64,000 nucleotides of DNA from the NCBI RefSeq assembly GCF_963921235.1, contig NC_086109.1, positions 24,306,001 to 24,370,000 on the forward strand, in the 5' to 3' direction. The notes beneath the pieces were generated by a model. That model worked only from the letters and a program-made list of their open reading frames with translations, ran no database searches and was not told the DNA's origin. The position numbers were made by a program, and so were the translations under genes. This DNA is from Mobula hypostoma (Eukaryota). Positions 35,285 through 46,865 of the stretch are shown piece after piece (positions within the stretch are counted from its first letter, which is position 1; every line of letters begins with the position of its first letter).

Positions 35285-37540
35285 CATGATGCCAAATATA
35301 AATTAATCTCCACTGCCTGCACTTGGTCTATATCCCTCTATACCTCGCCTGTAAATGGGTTTGTCCAAATACATCTTAAATGTCACTATTATATCTGCTT
35401 TTGCCCAGTTATCCTTTATATGCCCCTCATTATTTTATACATTTCTACCAGATCGCCTCCTCAGCTTCTGATGCTCCAGAGTAAAGAATCCAAGTTTGTC
35501 CAGGCTTTTGTTATAACTAATACACTCCATTCCGGGCAACAACGTGGTGAACCTCTTCTGTAGCCTCTCCAAAGCTGTCACACTCTTCCTATAGAGTGGT
35601 GAGTAGAAATGCACACTATTCTTCAATTATGACCTAACTACAATATTTTACATCACACTTGTCTGGATTAAACTCATCGGCCATAACTCTGCCCAAATTT
35701 CCATACTATCTATATCCTGCTGAACACCCTCACTATCCACAACTCCACCATCATTTTCAAGCCCACTAATCAGATCAGAAATATTTTCATCTAGATAATA
35801 TTTATATATATTATAACAGTGGCCCCCCAACAATGATTCTATTCGGCCTTCAGTTATGCCTGTGACCAAAAGGAACATGGTAACCTGCCTCAGTGACTAT
35901 CGTCCAGCAGCACTTACATCCACAGTGAAGAAGTGCTTTGAAAGGTTGGTGATGGAACATATCAACTCCTGCCTGAGAAGCAACTTGGATCTGTTTCAAT
36001 TTGCCTACCAGCACAACAGGTCCATAGCAGTTGCCATTTCATTGGCTCTTCACTCAAGCCTGGAACATCTAGATAGCAAAGCTGCATACATTAAGATGCT
36101 CTTCATTGACTACAGTTCGGCACTTAATATTATTATCCCTTCAAACTAATCAATAAGGTTCAAGACCTTGGCCTCGATTCCTCCTTGTGCAATTAGATCC
36201 TCAATTTCCTCACTTGCAAATCCCAAGTCAATTCAGATTGGCAAATATATCTGGTTTACAATCTCCATCACCAAAGGCGCACACAAGGCTTTGTGTTTAG
36301 CCCTCTGCTCTACTCGCTTTATACTTCTGACTGTGAGGCCAAGCACAGCTCCAATGCCATATTTAAGTCTGCTGATGACACCACAGTCATTGGCCAAATC
36401 AAAGATGGTGACGGATCTGCATGTTGAAAATCTGGCTAGGTGGTGCACAAGATCAACCTCTCACTCAATGTCAGCAAGATCAAGGAGCTGATTATTGACT
36501 TCAGGAGGAGGAAACCAGAGGTCCACAAGCCAGTCCTCATCAGGGGATCAGGGGGGAGAGGGTCAGCAACTTTAAGTTCCTCTGTGTTATCATTTCAGAG
36601 GATCTGTCCTGGGCCCAGCGTATAAGTGCAACTACAAAGAAAGCACAGCAGATCCTCTACTTCCTTAGAGGTTTGTGAAGATTCAGCATGACATCTAAAA
36701 CTTTAACAAACTTCTATGGATGTGTGGTGGAGAGTATATTGACTGGTTGCAACATGGCCTGGTATGGAAACACCAATGCCCATGAATGGAAACTCCTACC
36801 AAAAAGTAGTGGATATGGCCCAGTCATGGGTAAACTCTTCCTCACCATTGAGCACATCTACCTGAAAAGCTATTGCACAAAAGCATCAATCATCAAGGAT
36901 TCCCGCTACCCAGGCTATGCTCTCTTCTCACTACTGCCATCATAGAGAAGGTACATGAGCCACAAGACCTGCACCACCAGGTTCAGGAGCAGTTATTACC
37001 TCTCAAACAGGCTCTCGAACCAGTGGGGATAACTTCACTCAACTTCAATCACCTCATCACTGAACTATTTCCACAACCTATAGATTCACTTTCAAGGACT
37101 CTTCGCCTCATGTTCTCGACAATTATTGCTTATTTACTAATTAATATTATTTCTTTTTATTCCCTCTACATTTGCACAGTTTGTTGTCTTCTGCACATTT
37201 GTTGATGTCCATCCTTTTGGGTGTGATTTTTCATTGATTCTTGGACTTACTAAGCATGCCCAGAAGACAACAAATCTCAGGGTTGTATATGGTGTCATAT
37301 ATGTACTGTATTTTGATAATAAACTTACATTGAACTCTGAGTGGAATGCCACCTGTCACAGACCTCCAGTGAGAGAAACACCTCTCCAACACGGACCTCT
37401 GTTTTCTATAACCAAGCCAATTTTGTATCCAACTCACTCACTCATCATGATTTCATTGTAACTTAATCTTCTGGACCAGCCTACCAAGAATGGATTTGCT
37501 AAATGCTTTACTAAGGTCCATGTAGACAACATCTATGTTG
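35285..37540 (-). mobile_element. CR1 LINE RT remnant split by a Rex1/Babar insertion
   Basis: Right part (37337-37540) VVYMDLSK..SWIQNWLGYRKQRSV..WRSVTGGIP; left part (35285-35840) continues with frameshifted GSLLGPLL..IYIN-like sequence and ALERLQKRFTTLLPGMECISY..LDKLGFFTLE. Confidence 0.85.
35845..37336 (+). mobile_element. 5'-truncated Rex1/Babar LINE with RT pseudogene
   Basis: CLSDYRPAALTSTVKKCFERLV..QFAY..KMLFIDYSSALNIIIP, KSADDT, LSLNVSKIKELIIDFRR, TLTNFYGCVVESILTGC..WYGN; complete 3' UTR and tail. Confidence 0.93.
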
Positions 37541-38339
37541 ACAATATCATTTGAAACAATAGCATTTGGACAAGTTAAGTGGAGTTGAATAAATAATAGA
37601 TTATGCATGATAGCTTTTGCTATTTCTGTCATTATAGTCTACTGGTATAGAGGAGCTACTGAAACATGAATCAGAATTAATTAACCCAACAAAATAGAAA
37701 ATCTGTTCTATGAGGGATTTGCTTTCAATAATTTTCCATCATTCTGCTTTTTCCATCCTGCTTTATGTAATATGCCCCTTGAATTATATCAGCCAGGTTT
37801 AAGGGTACTCAGATACCTGCCAAATTTTCACACATGGAAGCCCAGTCTGGCCAAAAAAAATTGTAGTCCATGTTGAGAGGAATCTCGCACCTCCTACTGA
37901 TCTCTTTTACCTTAATCTATACTCTTTTACCCTAATCTATTCACTGACCATGAAAAAATTACCGATATATAAACAAGATACTGGGATCTTGCATAACCTG
38001 TAGCTCCGCATCACTAAACAATTCTTTTGTCAGGACTCTACAAGTTCAGGTGTTGGTCCAGTGTTCTACGTTTTTGTTAACGTAGTGCATGTGGTAAAGT
38101 ATTGATCCCTTTTCGGGGAGGGTTTCAAATTCAGATTAGCTCCGTACAGCACAGGATTGTATTAAATAAAATTAGTTCATGAAATTTAACTAGTCACAAA
38201 TCCATCCAGTGTAGTTAAACTCCATCATATGACCTTAGCTTTCTAGTATTATTGGCAGAACACCTCATGGACTGGAAGTTTCAAAACCAGATGAGCTTTT
38301 CCAATTGATAGTAAATTACTCTCCCTGGGTGTAATTTTA

Positions 38340-38640
38340 CAAGATGGCATCTAACTGTGAGGTTTAAGGACACTTCAGATAGATTGGAATCTAATCAGAT
38401 AATTAGGTTTTTATATATTATATATTATGAAAACAGATATCAATATGTATGATCGAATCTAATCAGAAAGTTTGAGTGGTTTACATACAGCTAAGCAGAT
38501 ATCCTGCGTGACACACAATTTGGGTGTAAAATGATTAAGTTCCGTGGTTTATTCAGTAGTGTTTATTGTCCCCTCCCTTAACACCTGATGATTTCTTTGT
38601 CAGAGACTTTAATTTGCTTCCATGTCTCTATTGACAACAA
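38340..38640. promoter_or_regulatory. Putative enhancer with duplicated GAATCTAATCAGA motif
   Basis: 13 bp exact repeat at 38387-38399 and 38455-38467, plus TAATTA, TGATTAA and TGTTTAT sites. Confidence 0.4.
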
Positions 38641-39877
38641 AAATAAACAGAAAGGTATTGTTGAAAAAGACAAGAGCTAAAGATGAGTGACCAGGAGCAG
38701 CCCCCATTATCTTGTATAATCACAGCACATCATCCGATACTGCTTTATGATTTTATTTCAACAATTTACTTTGTAGAATTCTGTTGGATGGAGAATATAT
38801 CAAGGTTCTCAGTAAGATCTGTACATAGGAATTCCAAAGTTTCGCCAACGACTGAGCTTCTTTCTACTGTTCAGCTCCATGACACCTTAGAACACATTTT
38901 CACTTGAGAGAATTAGCATACAATAAAGAGGTCAATTAGGAAACGGAGAGCCATAAGGCTAAGTTACGTCAGCAAAGGCAGACCAGTTTTTCTATGGAGT
39001 TTCTGTTGGTCAGGCTGGTGCTGAGAACAAACTTCTCACTTCAGTTCCTTATTATAAGCACTCGTGGTCCCTTGAAAACGTGAAAATACCAGGATTTCAG
39101 GCAGGCATCTCAGTTAAGAATTTCTACCCAGATTTCATTATTCTATGACAAGCGAAGTCCAAGACAATTAGCGTTTAGGAACATCACAGTTCCCACTCAA
39201 CAGAATCCAGTGTTGTCATCACACACCTTGAGGACAGCTACAGCAAGGTTTATGTACAAACCAAACCTCCTTCTACACTAGGAGTGAAGATGGCTCCAAG
39301 GAACTAAAACAGAATTCAGAATGTGGATCAAAGCTTCCTCTACATGGTCACATCAAACATTTCTAGAGGAGGATCAGCAGAGTTTAGAAACCTTGCATAC
39401 CCTTGCAACAATATATTGTAGTGTTGGCCATCTCCAGTACTGTACCATGTGGTTAGTCCCCAATTTAGTCTCAGCATGTGACTGGTTTCACAGGAAATCC
39501 ATTAACAATAGGGCTTGAGTGGACAATGACCAAATGAAAGACTTCATTTCTACATTAATTGCATGGAGAGTCACAGTCACATAGAATGCAAAGTAACAGA
39601 GCAAGGACAACAAACGCATTTACAGAAAGTTATAGTTTACCTTCTTGTACTGAAGCCGCTGGTTTGGTGGGCACCATTCTCTTAACTATCCATTCAAAGT
39701 TTGTCTAAAGGGGAACTACTGGGCATGAGAGAGAGAGTGAGAATAAATTGCAGAGCTATGAGGAAATGAGCAGGGTGGATGGAGCTGTTGGGAACTCAGT
39801 GGGTTGAATACCATAATAAGTAAGTTGGTTTCAGAACATTCCTCATTTGAGGACTGTCCCATCCATAAGTGTATTTT

Positions 39878-40320
39878 ACATAGAATTTAAAACAGTACAG
39901 GCCCATGGCCCATAATGTTGTGCCGACCTTTTTGCCTTTTTCCAAGATCAGTCTAACTCTTCCCTCCCACATAGCCCTCCATTTTTATTTTGTCTATCTG
40001 TCCATCTAAGAATCTCCTAAATGTCATCTATATATCAGCCTCTATCACCACCCCTGGCAGTGAGCTCCACACACCTAACACACTCAGTGTAAAAAATATA
40101 CCTTTGACATCCCCCCTATATTTTTCTCTAAACACCTTAAAATGATGTCCACTCATATTAACCATTTTTACCCTGGGACAAAGTCTCTGGCTGTCCACCT
40201 TCTTTTTGTCTTGTAAACCTCTATCCATCACCTTTCATCCTCTTTCATTCCAAAGAAAAATAATCTTAGCTCACTCAACCTCTCCTCATAAGACATGCTC
40301 TCTAATCCAGGCAGCATCAT
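39878..40320 (-). mobile_element. CR1 LINE 3' end
   Basis: Minus ORF VDSQRLCPRVKMVNMSGHHFKV..KYRGDVKGIFFTLSVLGVWSSLPGVVIEA; tail toward 39878. Confidence 0.88.
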
Positions 40321-40981
40321 ACTAAACTAGTTTTCCTAATAGAAATGTAGCTAGGTTCACAGACCAATAATTATCTTGATGACCATTGGTCAATGTCTTC
40401 CCACAAAAGGCTAGGAGTTTTCTCATCTAAACTCAGCCAAGACTGAAAACAGAATTGAATATGGACCTCATTTCAAAACTTTGTACAGGCATTACAACAG
40501 GTTGAAAAACTTGCTGGCAAAATTACAGAATGCATGATAATAAGCCAATAATTTAAAAAACATAAACAACTAGAGTATAATTCAGAGAATTTGATCAACT
40601 TTTCAAGTTCAATGTCAAAATCTCAGAATGAGGCTGAAACTAAATCCTGGCTTCCTTTTTAGGGATATTAAACTATCAATTCACAATGTTTAAAAGTCAA
40701 TCAGAACTATTTGATACCAACTGTTGTTATCTTTACTCAATTTCCAAATACCAATTTTTCCATCTATTCAGCTCTTGCATTTTCACTCCGAAACAGTGAA
40801 ACACTTTCTCTCTCACTTTCTGCTTCCTCTGCAATCCAAAAACCCTAGACACCAAGTCTGCAGTCTGCTTGACTCTGCTGGCTATTACTGCCCACCAGTA
40901 CTCTGGCTCAGTGGGCAGCATTCATCAAATCGGAAACATTGTGGGTTCAAAAGGGATCTAGTACTTTCCTAGAGTATATGA

Positions 40982-41085
40982 CAAAAAAAAACTCTTCTCG
41001 GGCTTCCAGCTGGGTGCAAATATCAATTTTAGCCCACACTTCAACAACAAGCTCTGGCATCTTCATCAGGGATGATGCCTAGTCC
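40982..41085 (-). mobile_element. Terminus of a second PLE-like family with decayed hammerhead
   Basis: Minus strand CCCTGATGAAGATGCCAGAGCTTGTTGTTGAAGTGTGGG followed by CTGGAAGCCCGAGAAGAG. Confidence 0.5.
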
Positions 41086-41384
41086 AGCAGGTTCAATTTC
41101 CAGATCATAAACTTAAATTGCAAAGTCTAACTTGATGGAGAACTTCACTGTCAGAAGTGTCTTCTTTTGGAGGAGATGTTAAAATGAAAAAGGTCTGTAG
41201 TTTCAGTGAACATTTCCATGGGATTTTTTTAAAATAACTGCAGGGACGAGAGGTTGAAACATAGATAAACTGAAGGACCTGGCAATGGTATTATTAGAGC
41301 GGAGAAAGATGAGAAGAGATTTAATAAAAGAGTACAAACCAGTGACAAGTTCAGATCAGGTAAATAAAGAGAAACTATTCGAAT

Positions 41385-41812
41385 TCCAATGGAAACCAGC
41401 CTCCCTTCCATGGATTCAATCTATACTTCTCACTGTCATACCAAAGCATCCAGCATAATCAATGATTTCTGCATATTCTTCGACATTCTTTCTTCACCCC
41501 TCGACCACTGGGCAGAAGACACGGAAGTCTAAAATACATACCACCAAGGGCAGCTTCTACTGCACTGTTATAAGACACTTGAATAGTTTCCTAGTATGAG
41601 AGCTTGGACTCTCAGCCTCAAAACTCACCTCATTATGATCTTGCACCTTAGTGTTTACCTGCACAGCACTTTCTCTGCAGCTGTTATTCTTAAATCTGCA
41701 TTGTTATTGTTTTATCCTGTACTACCTCAGAGCACTGTGTAATAATTTGTGTGAATAGTATTCAAGAAAAGCATTGTATTTTGGTCTAAGTAGCAATAAT
41801 AAAACAATTCCC
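41385..41812 (+). mobile_element. Rex1/Babar 3' fragment
   Basis: AACCAGCCTCCCTTCCATGGATTCAATCTATACTTCTCACTG..GGGCAGAAGACAC..TGATCTTGCACCTTA; parallels 13285-13720. Confidence 0.8.
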
Positions 41813-42195
41813 ATTAAAGTAATGGAGTCATGGATTGAGCTTCTTCAAACCATCTTCTCTGTGCTGTTCAAAAGCTAATCCCACTGGATCCAAAGTTCTG
41901 TAGATCATAGTTTACAATGTGAGTTTCTACCTGCAACTTCCATTCAGGCAGTGAGTTCAGTCGCCCTACAACGCTCCTGGTTAAGACACAGTCTCCTCTC
42001 TAATCCTTTTAACAATTACATTAAACATACACACCTCATCCTTAATAGGCACCCAATCCACAAGTCTCAGGTTTGGCCTAGGGGAAAATACGACCTATCT
42101 GTTTACTCTACATGCCTTTACACAGCTCAATTAAACCTCTCCACTGTTCCTAATAACACCTCTCCCTTCAATTTATCCAATAATTTCTCATAGCT

Positions 42196-42311
42196 CAAGA
42201 AAGTCTGCAAATGCTGGAAATCCAAAGTAACACACACAAAATGCTGGAGGAACTCAGCAGGTCAGACTCTTTATGGAAATGAATAAAGGTTTGACATTTT
42301 GGGCTGAGATC
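42196..42311 (-). mobile_element. Short PLE-terminus insertion with perfect 12 bp TSD
   Basis: TCTGCAAATGCTGGAAATCC..CAAAATGCTGGAGGAACTCAGCAGGTCAG; TTTCTCATAGCT at 42184-42195 and 42312-42323. Confidence 0.85.
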
Positions 42312-42629
42312 TTTCTCATAGCTAAACATCAGTTTTGGCAACATGCGATAAACGTCCACAGTAGCCTCTGCAATGCAATGGCATCTTCATCAAAAAGGAA
42401 TCCAGATTATCAGATCCAGGGGTGAGGTGAGGGATTTATTTTTTCCATAGAGCAAGTAAAGCAGTCAGCATTACAATCTGGAATATATGATCTCTAGATA
42501 TTGTTAATGCGGATGCAATTGTGGCTTTCAAAGCAGAATTGAGTAAATGTTTGAGAGTATAGAATGGGGAAATGGTGCTGATTGGATTTTTCTCCTTTTT
42601 AGCCAGTTGTGGATAACTTACTTTAACTG

Positions 42630-43030
42630 CAAGTTTATGGGTTGTGAGGTAGTGGCCAGTGTGAGGCAGGAAGTGGCTGATGAGGTGAGCAAGTGGGTAA
42701 CTGGTAAGGTGGTCTGCTCCTTCTGCCAGTTATGCTTTGTGCACTCTTGAGAAACAGCCCCCGGGTCCTGAATGCCATCTCCAGAGTTCCTTCCCCACTT
42801 CAAGCAGTCATGGGCCAGGCATTCCCAGGAGTCAGTGGGAATCTTGCACTTTTCCAAGGAGGCTTACAGAACATTCTTGAATCTTTCCCTCTGTCTCCTT
42901 AGTAATATCTCCCAGTCACAGAGCTCAGAACTGAGAGATTGTTTTGGGAGTCTGGTGTCACACAACATTGCCTGTCCAACAGATCTACTTGAGTGCAATT
43001 AGGATCGCAATGAAAATGTTGACCTGGAAA
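42630..43030 (-). mobile_element. RTE-clade LINE C-terminal remnant
   Basis: Minus ORF EKCKIPTDSWECLAHDCLKWGR resembles the WExLAxDRxxWR motif at the end of RTE ORFs. Confidence 0.7.
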
Positions 43031-43331
43031 AGGATAATGACTGAGTTTCTCAACAAAGAGCAAATAGGCTTGATGGGCTGAAGGGCCTTCTTTGGTACTG
43101 TACTTATCATATCATTTTAAGAGCAGGAACATTCTTCTTTGCATGGCAGACCAGTGCTTATCCATCAAACTACACCACTGGAAGTATCTATTTAGTCATT
43201 TTCAGATCACTGTTCACTCCATGCTAATTAGGGGCTATCTTTCCCTGCATTAGCACAGTGACTTGGCTTCAATAGCTATAAAGTTCTCAGAGACCACGAG
43301 AAGCGCAATATAAATGAATTGTGAAATGAAA

Positions 43332-43770
43332 CAAAACTTGCATTGATATTTCACCATTCACGTCACTTTTAGGACATCTCAAATGCTTTACAACATTTAA
43401 ATACTTCTGAGGTGCAGTCTCTGTTATAATGTGAAAAACCTGCAGCCAATTTGAACACAGCTAGCTCCCACACACAATAACCAGTAAACGTTAAAGTGCA
43501 ACAATGCTAGATGGGAGATAAATGTGGACTAACACATTGAGAGACGTCCTCTCTTTTTCTGAATATCAGGGGACATTTTATAATATTTAGAGAGCAGAGA
43601 GGGCTTCAGTTCAAAGTCTCACCTGAACATCAAGGTCTACAACTGTGCAGCACTCCCTCAGCATGGCAAGAGAATGAGCCAGTGATTCTGTGGTCAAGGT
43701 ACTAGAGGGAAAATCAAATCCACAAACTTCTGATACAAGTGTGCTACTCACAGAGCCACAGCTGGCAAAA
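43332..43770 (-). mobile_element. Old Deu-domain-type SINE
   Basis: AACTTGCATTGATAT..GCAGCCAATTTGAACACAGC..TGTGCAGCACTCCCTCAG..GTGCTACTCACAGAGCCACAGCTG, recalled as the SacSINE1/AmnSINE-like layout. Confidence 0.6.
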
Positions 43771-44254
43771 GTGTGGCTGCAAAACAATGAAAGAAAATAC
43801 TTGCATTTTTATGGTGCCTTGCAGGCCCAGTAAAATATTCCTGATGGGTATTCATGCCGTAATTTAAGAAACGCAGCGGCCTATTTGATCAAAGAAATGT
43901 TCTGCAAACTGGATAATTATCTCTTTGTAAATTTGGTTGTCCCATGTAAAATGTCTCTCCCAATATACAGTAAAACATTATTTATATTTTTGTTTAGGTT
44001 AAAAAAGTACATTATTTAGTGAGCTCACTGACCAATTGAAATTTATAATTTCCTCACATATTTTACCAATATGGATAACAGAAGGTTGGGCCAATGACCT
44101 TTCCTCTGATCTTAAATGATTGGGACTTGGTTCGAGCAGATACAAGAGCAAATGTTCCAGATGATAACAATATAGAGAGAAAAACAGTGAAATAGATCAC
44201 AGACAATTGGGAATTCGGTACATAATTCAGGTGAAAAAATAAGGAATTTGGAAA

Positions 44255-44760
44255 TAGAACTAATTAATTATTGTCACACGTAGTGATATTTTTAAATTTT
44301 ATTTAATTATTTATTCCCAATAAGCCTTTCAGGCCATGTCGCCCAGCATCCTCTGGTTTAACCTGAGCCAAATTACGGGATGATTTACAATGACCAATTA
44401 ACCTATCAGCCGGTACGTCTTTGGACTGTGGGAGGAAACCGGATCACCCGGGAGGAAACCCATGAGGTCACAGGGAGAACGTACAAACTCCTCACAGACA
44501 GCAGTGAGAATTGAACCCAGGTTGCCGACACTGTAAAATGTTGTGCTAACCATTACACTACAGTGCTGTCTGTATCGTGCTAAATAGAGAAAAACTTGTC
44601 CTGCATACAGATCAAATCTTAACACAGTGTATTGATGTCGGACAAGGTAAAACAAAAACAATGCAGTAAAAAAAAGTATAACAACTACAGACAAAGTGCA
44701 GTGCAGGTAAGCTATAAGGATCAAGATCACAATGAGGTATATTTTAAGGTCAAGAGTTCA
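44255..44760 (-). mobile_element. Rex1/Babar 3' UTR with a nested V-SINE
   Basis: TTATTGTCACACGTAGTGATA before the SINE; GAAAAACTTGTCCTGCATACAGATCAA..AAAGTGCAGTGCAGGT after it. Confidence 0.72.
44290..44570 (-). mobile_element. Full-length V-domain SINE
   Basis: GGTACGTCTTTGGACTGTGGGAGGAAACCGG..GGAGAACGTACAAACTCCTCACAGAC..GAATTGAACCC..TGTGCTAACCA. Confidence 0.88.
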
Positions 44761-45974
44761 AGAACCCTTTTTATTTAATTTAAGCTCAATGAAGATTATT
44801 GAAGATCAAGAATGGGCAATGATTTTTTTGGATATTTCAATGCACGATTTCCAGAAAGTAAAAGAGCATTCAGATAAAGACATAACAATCCAGCAGCGTT
44901 TTAAGGTTTGTAATTGTAAGATAAATGGCAGCAAAAAATGGGAAACAATAAATACGGATGATGCTTTGGTGACAGACTGTGTGGTTTTACATCAGGTAAA
45001 CAGTGATGTACTCAGCCCGGGTTATCAATGCCAGTATTTATGCTCCTGGTAGCCTCATTTGGACCTTTTCATCCAACTCGATCAATCAGACCCTTACTCT
45101 TTTATTTGCTTCCACTTATTTGTACGAAGGAGAAGGTATCAAGCAGAATCACTCACATGAAGGAACAGACTGGAAAATAGAATTATAAACGGAGACTAGA
45201 AATATTCCCATTGCAGGGAGAACCGATGAGAGGAGATTTAGTAGAGTTTTTTTAAATTAGTTAAAGAATAAATAATCCAAAAGGTAAGTTACTTAGTGAC
45301 AAAGGTCATCAATTTAACATGGTCAGTAAGACAGTGGGCAGAGAAGTTTGAGAAATAATTGTTATTCAGAGCGTTATTGAAGCATGGTATGCTTTGATCC
45401 CGAGTGTATTGAGACAGAGAATCCATTGTACATTTTAAGGAAAAATAAATGAATATTAGACTTCAGTGAAGGATCAGGCCAGCCGGATTAGCTTTAGATT
45501 TCTTTAGCAAAGAGACAATGCAGACGTGATGATCCAAATCTACTTTTTTTGTGTGTGCTGTCTGCTTGTATAGATTTTTGATCTGCAAGCCAATAAATGT
45601 TGATTTCAAAACTCTTGGCCTGATGTGTGATGACGCAATAGAGGCAAAATAAAGTACAAACATTTCAGACATCATAAATTGCTGTTTCATTTCATCACCA
45701 TCTGACAATCTCAGAAACAAAAAGCTTTTCAATCACCACTCCTTCCTGCCCACCCTCCTCCCACCACTTAGGGCAGTGCTCTCCAACGCATACTTTGCCA
45801 CTCACTGTGTCTCTTCGGCTGCCGCCATTCTTCATGAGGGACCCTATAATCGGTACATTTCCTAGAATGAACTTTGCGTCGAGTCTGATCCTGCCCTGAC
45901 CAGACCCGGGAATGCTGGGTAGCGGCAGAGACACCGGCTACCGTCAACCCCCTCCCCGCTTGCTTAGAAATAAC

Positions 45975-46375
45975 ATTTCATATTCACGTGGCACCCTTTA
46001 CAACCTCAGGGCATTCTACCCGGCAAGTTATTTCTAAAATGAACTCACTCTTATCAGGCAGGATGCGCATAGTAAGAACACTGAACCCCGAATCCAGAAA
46101 CTAGCATATCATGTGTGTGAAGTTTATTGATGTACACCGGATAGGTCATCAGGGAGAGATCCATATGTTCGGTTTTATTTCTGAAACGTTGCCTCGAGAT
46201 ATTTTTTCATTCATTTGAAAGAACAAAGTCGCCTTAGTTTCCTATCTCAGATGGCACTTCCGACAATGCCGCATCCCCATAGAACAGCACTGTGTCAATT
46301 TTGCGGTCAAATCTCGTAAGAGTAGTTTCTGGCTTAAAGGTTTGTGGGATGCTAACCACTAGGCTAAAGCTATCC
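45975..46375 (-). mobile_element. Highly decayed Deu-type SINE
   Basis: CACCCTTTACAACCTCAGGGCAT..GATGGCACTTCCGACAATGCCGCA..GCTAACCACTAGGCTA parallels 43332-43770. Confidence 0.4.
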
Positions 46376-46499
46376 CGAAGAGTAGGCATTGCTCTCGCTT
46401 CCCGATCAAAGATTCAGCACAGACCTTTCTCCACAGTATTCCGTTCATTAAAGCCCTTGCGCCAACCACAACAAAGTACTGCTTACCCCCGCGCGTGCT

Positions 46500-46865
46500 C
46501 TTCTACACCAGCTCCCAGCTAAGCAATGCCTGGATTTTTTAAAATCATCATTCCTTGTTTCGAAATCCCTTTCTAGTTTCAGCCCTCACTATCTCTGCAA
46601 TATCCTCTAGTCAAATAATCCTAAAATATCTGTGCCCCAGAAATTCCTTCCTCTCGAGCACCTCTGAATTCAATCACTCCGCCACTGACAATACTGCCTT
46701 CAGCTGCAAGGGCCCCAAACCTCAAGATTCCTTCCCTAAGCCACTCTGCTTCTGTATCTGTCTTTTCTCCTTTAAAACTCAGCTCCGACCAAACTTTTGG
46801 ACACCTTCCCCAAGACTTTGTGAAACCTTTGGAACATTTTGGGTTTGCGATGTTAAAACCAAGTT
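46500..46865 (+). mobile_element. L2-like LINE 3' remnant
   Basis: TTTAAAATCATCATTCCTTGTTT..GCCTTCAGCTGCAAGGGCCCCAAACCTCAAGATTCCTTCCCTAAG (AFS..GP....LP, L2 ORF2 end-like). Confidence 0.55.

Noticed and set aside
37902..37940. 20 bp tandem duplication CTCTTTTACCTTAATCTAT
   Set aside because: Ordinary local slippage duplication; similar cases at 11541-11564 and 14942-14980.
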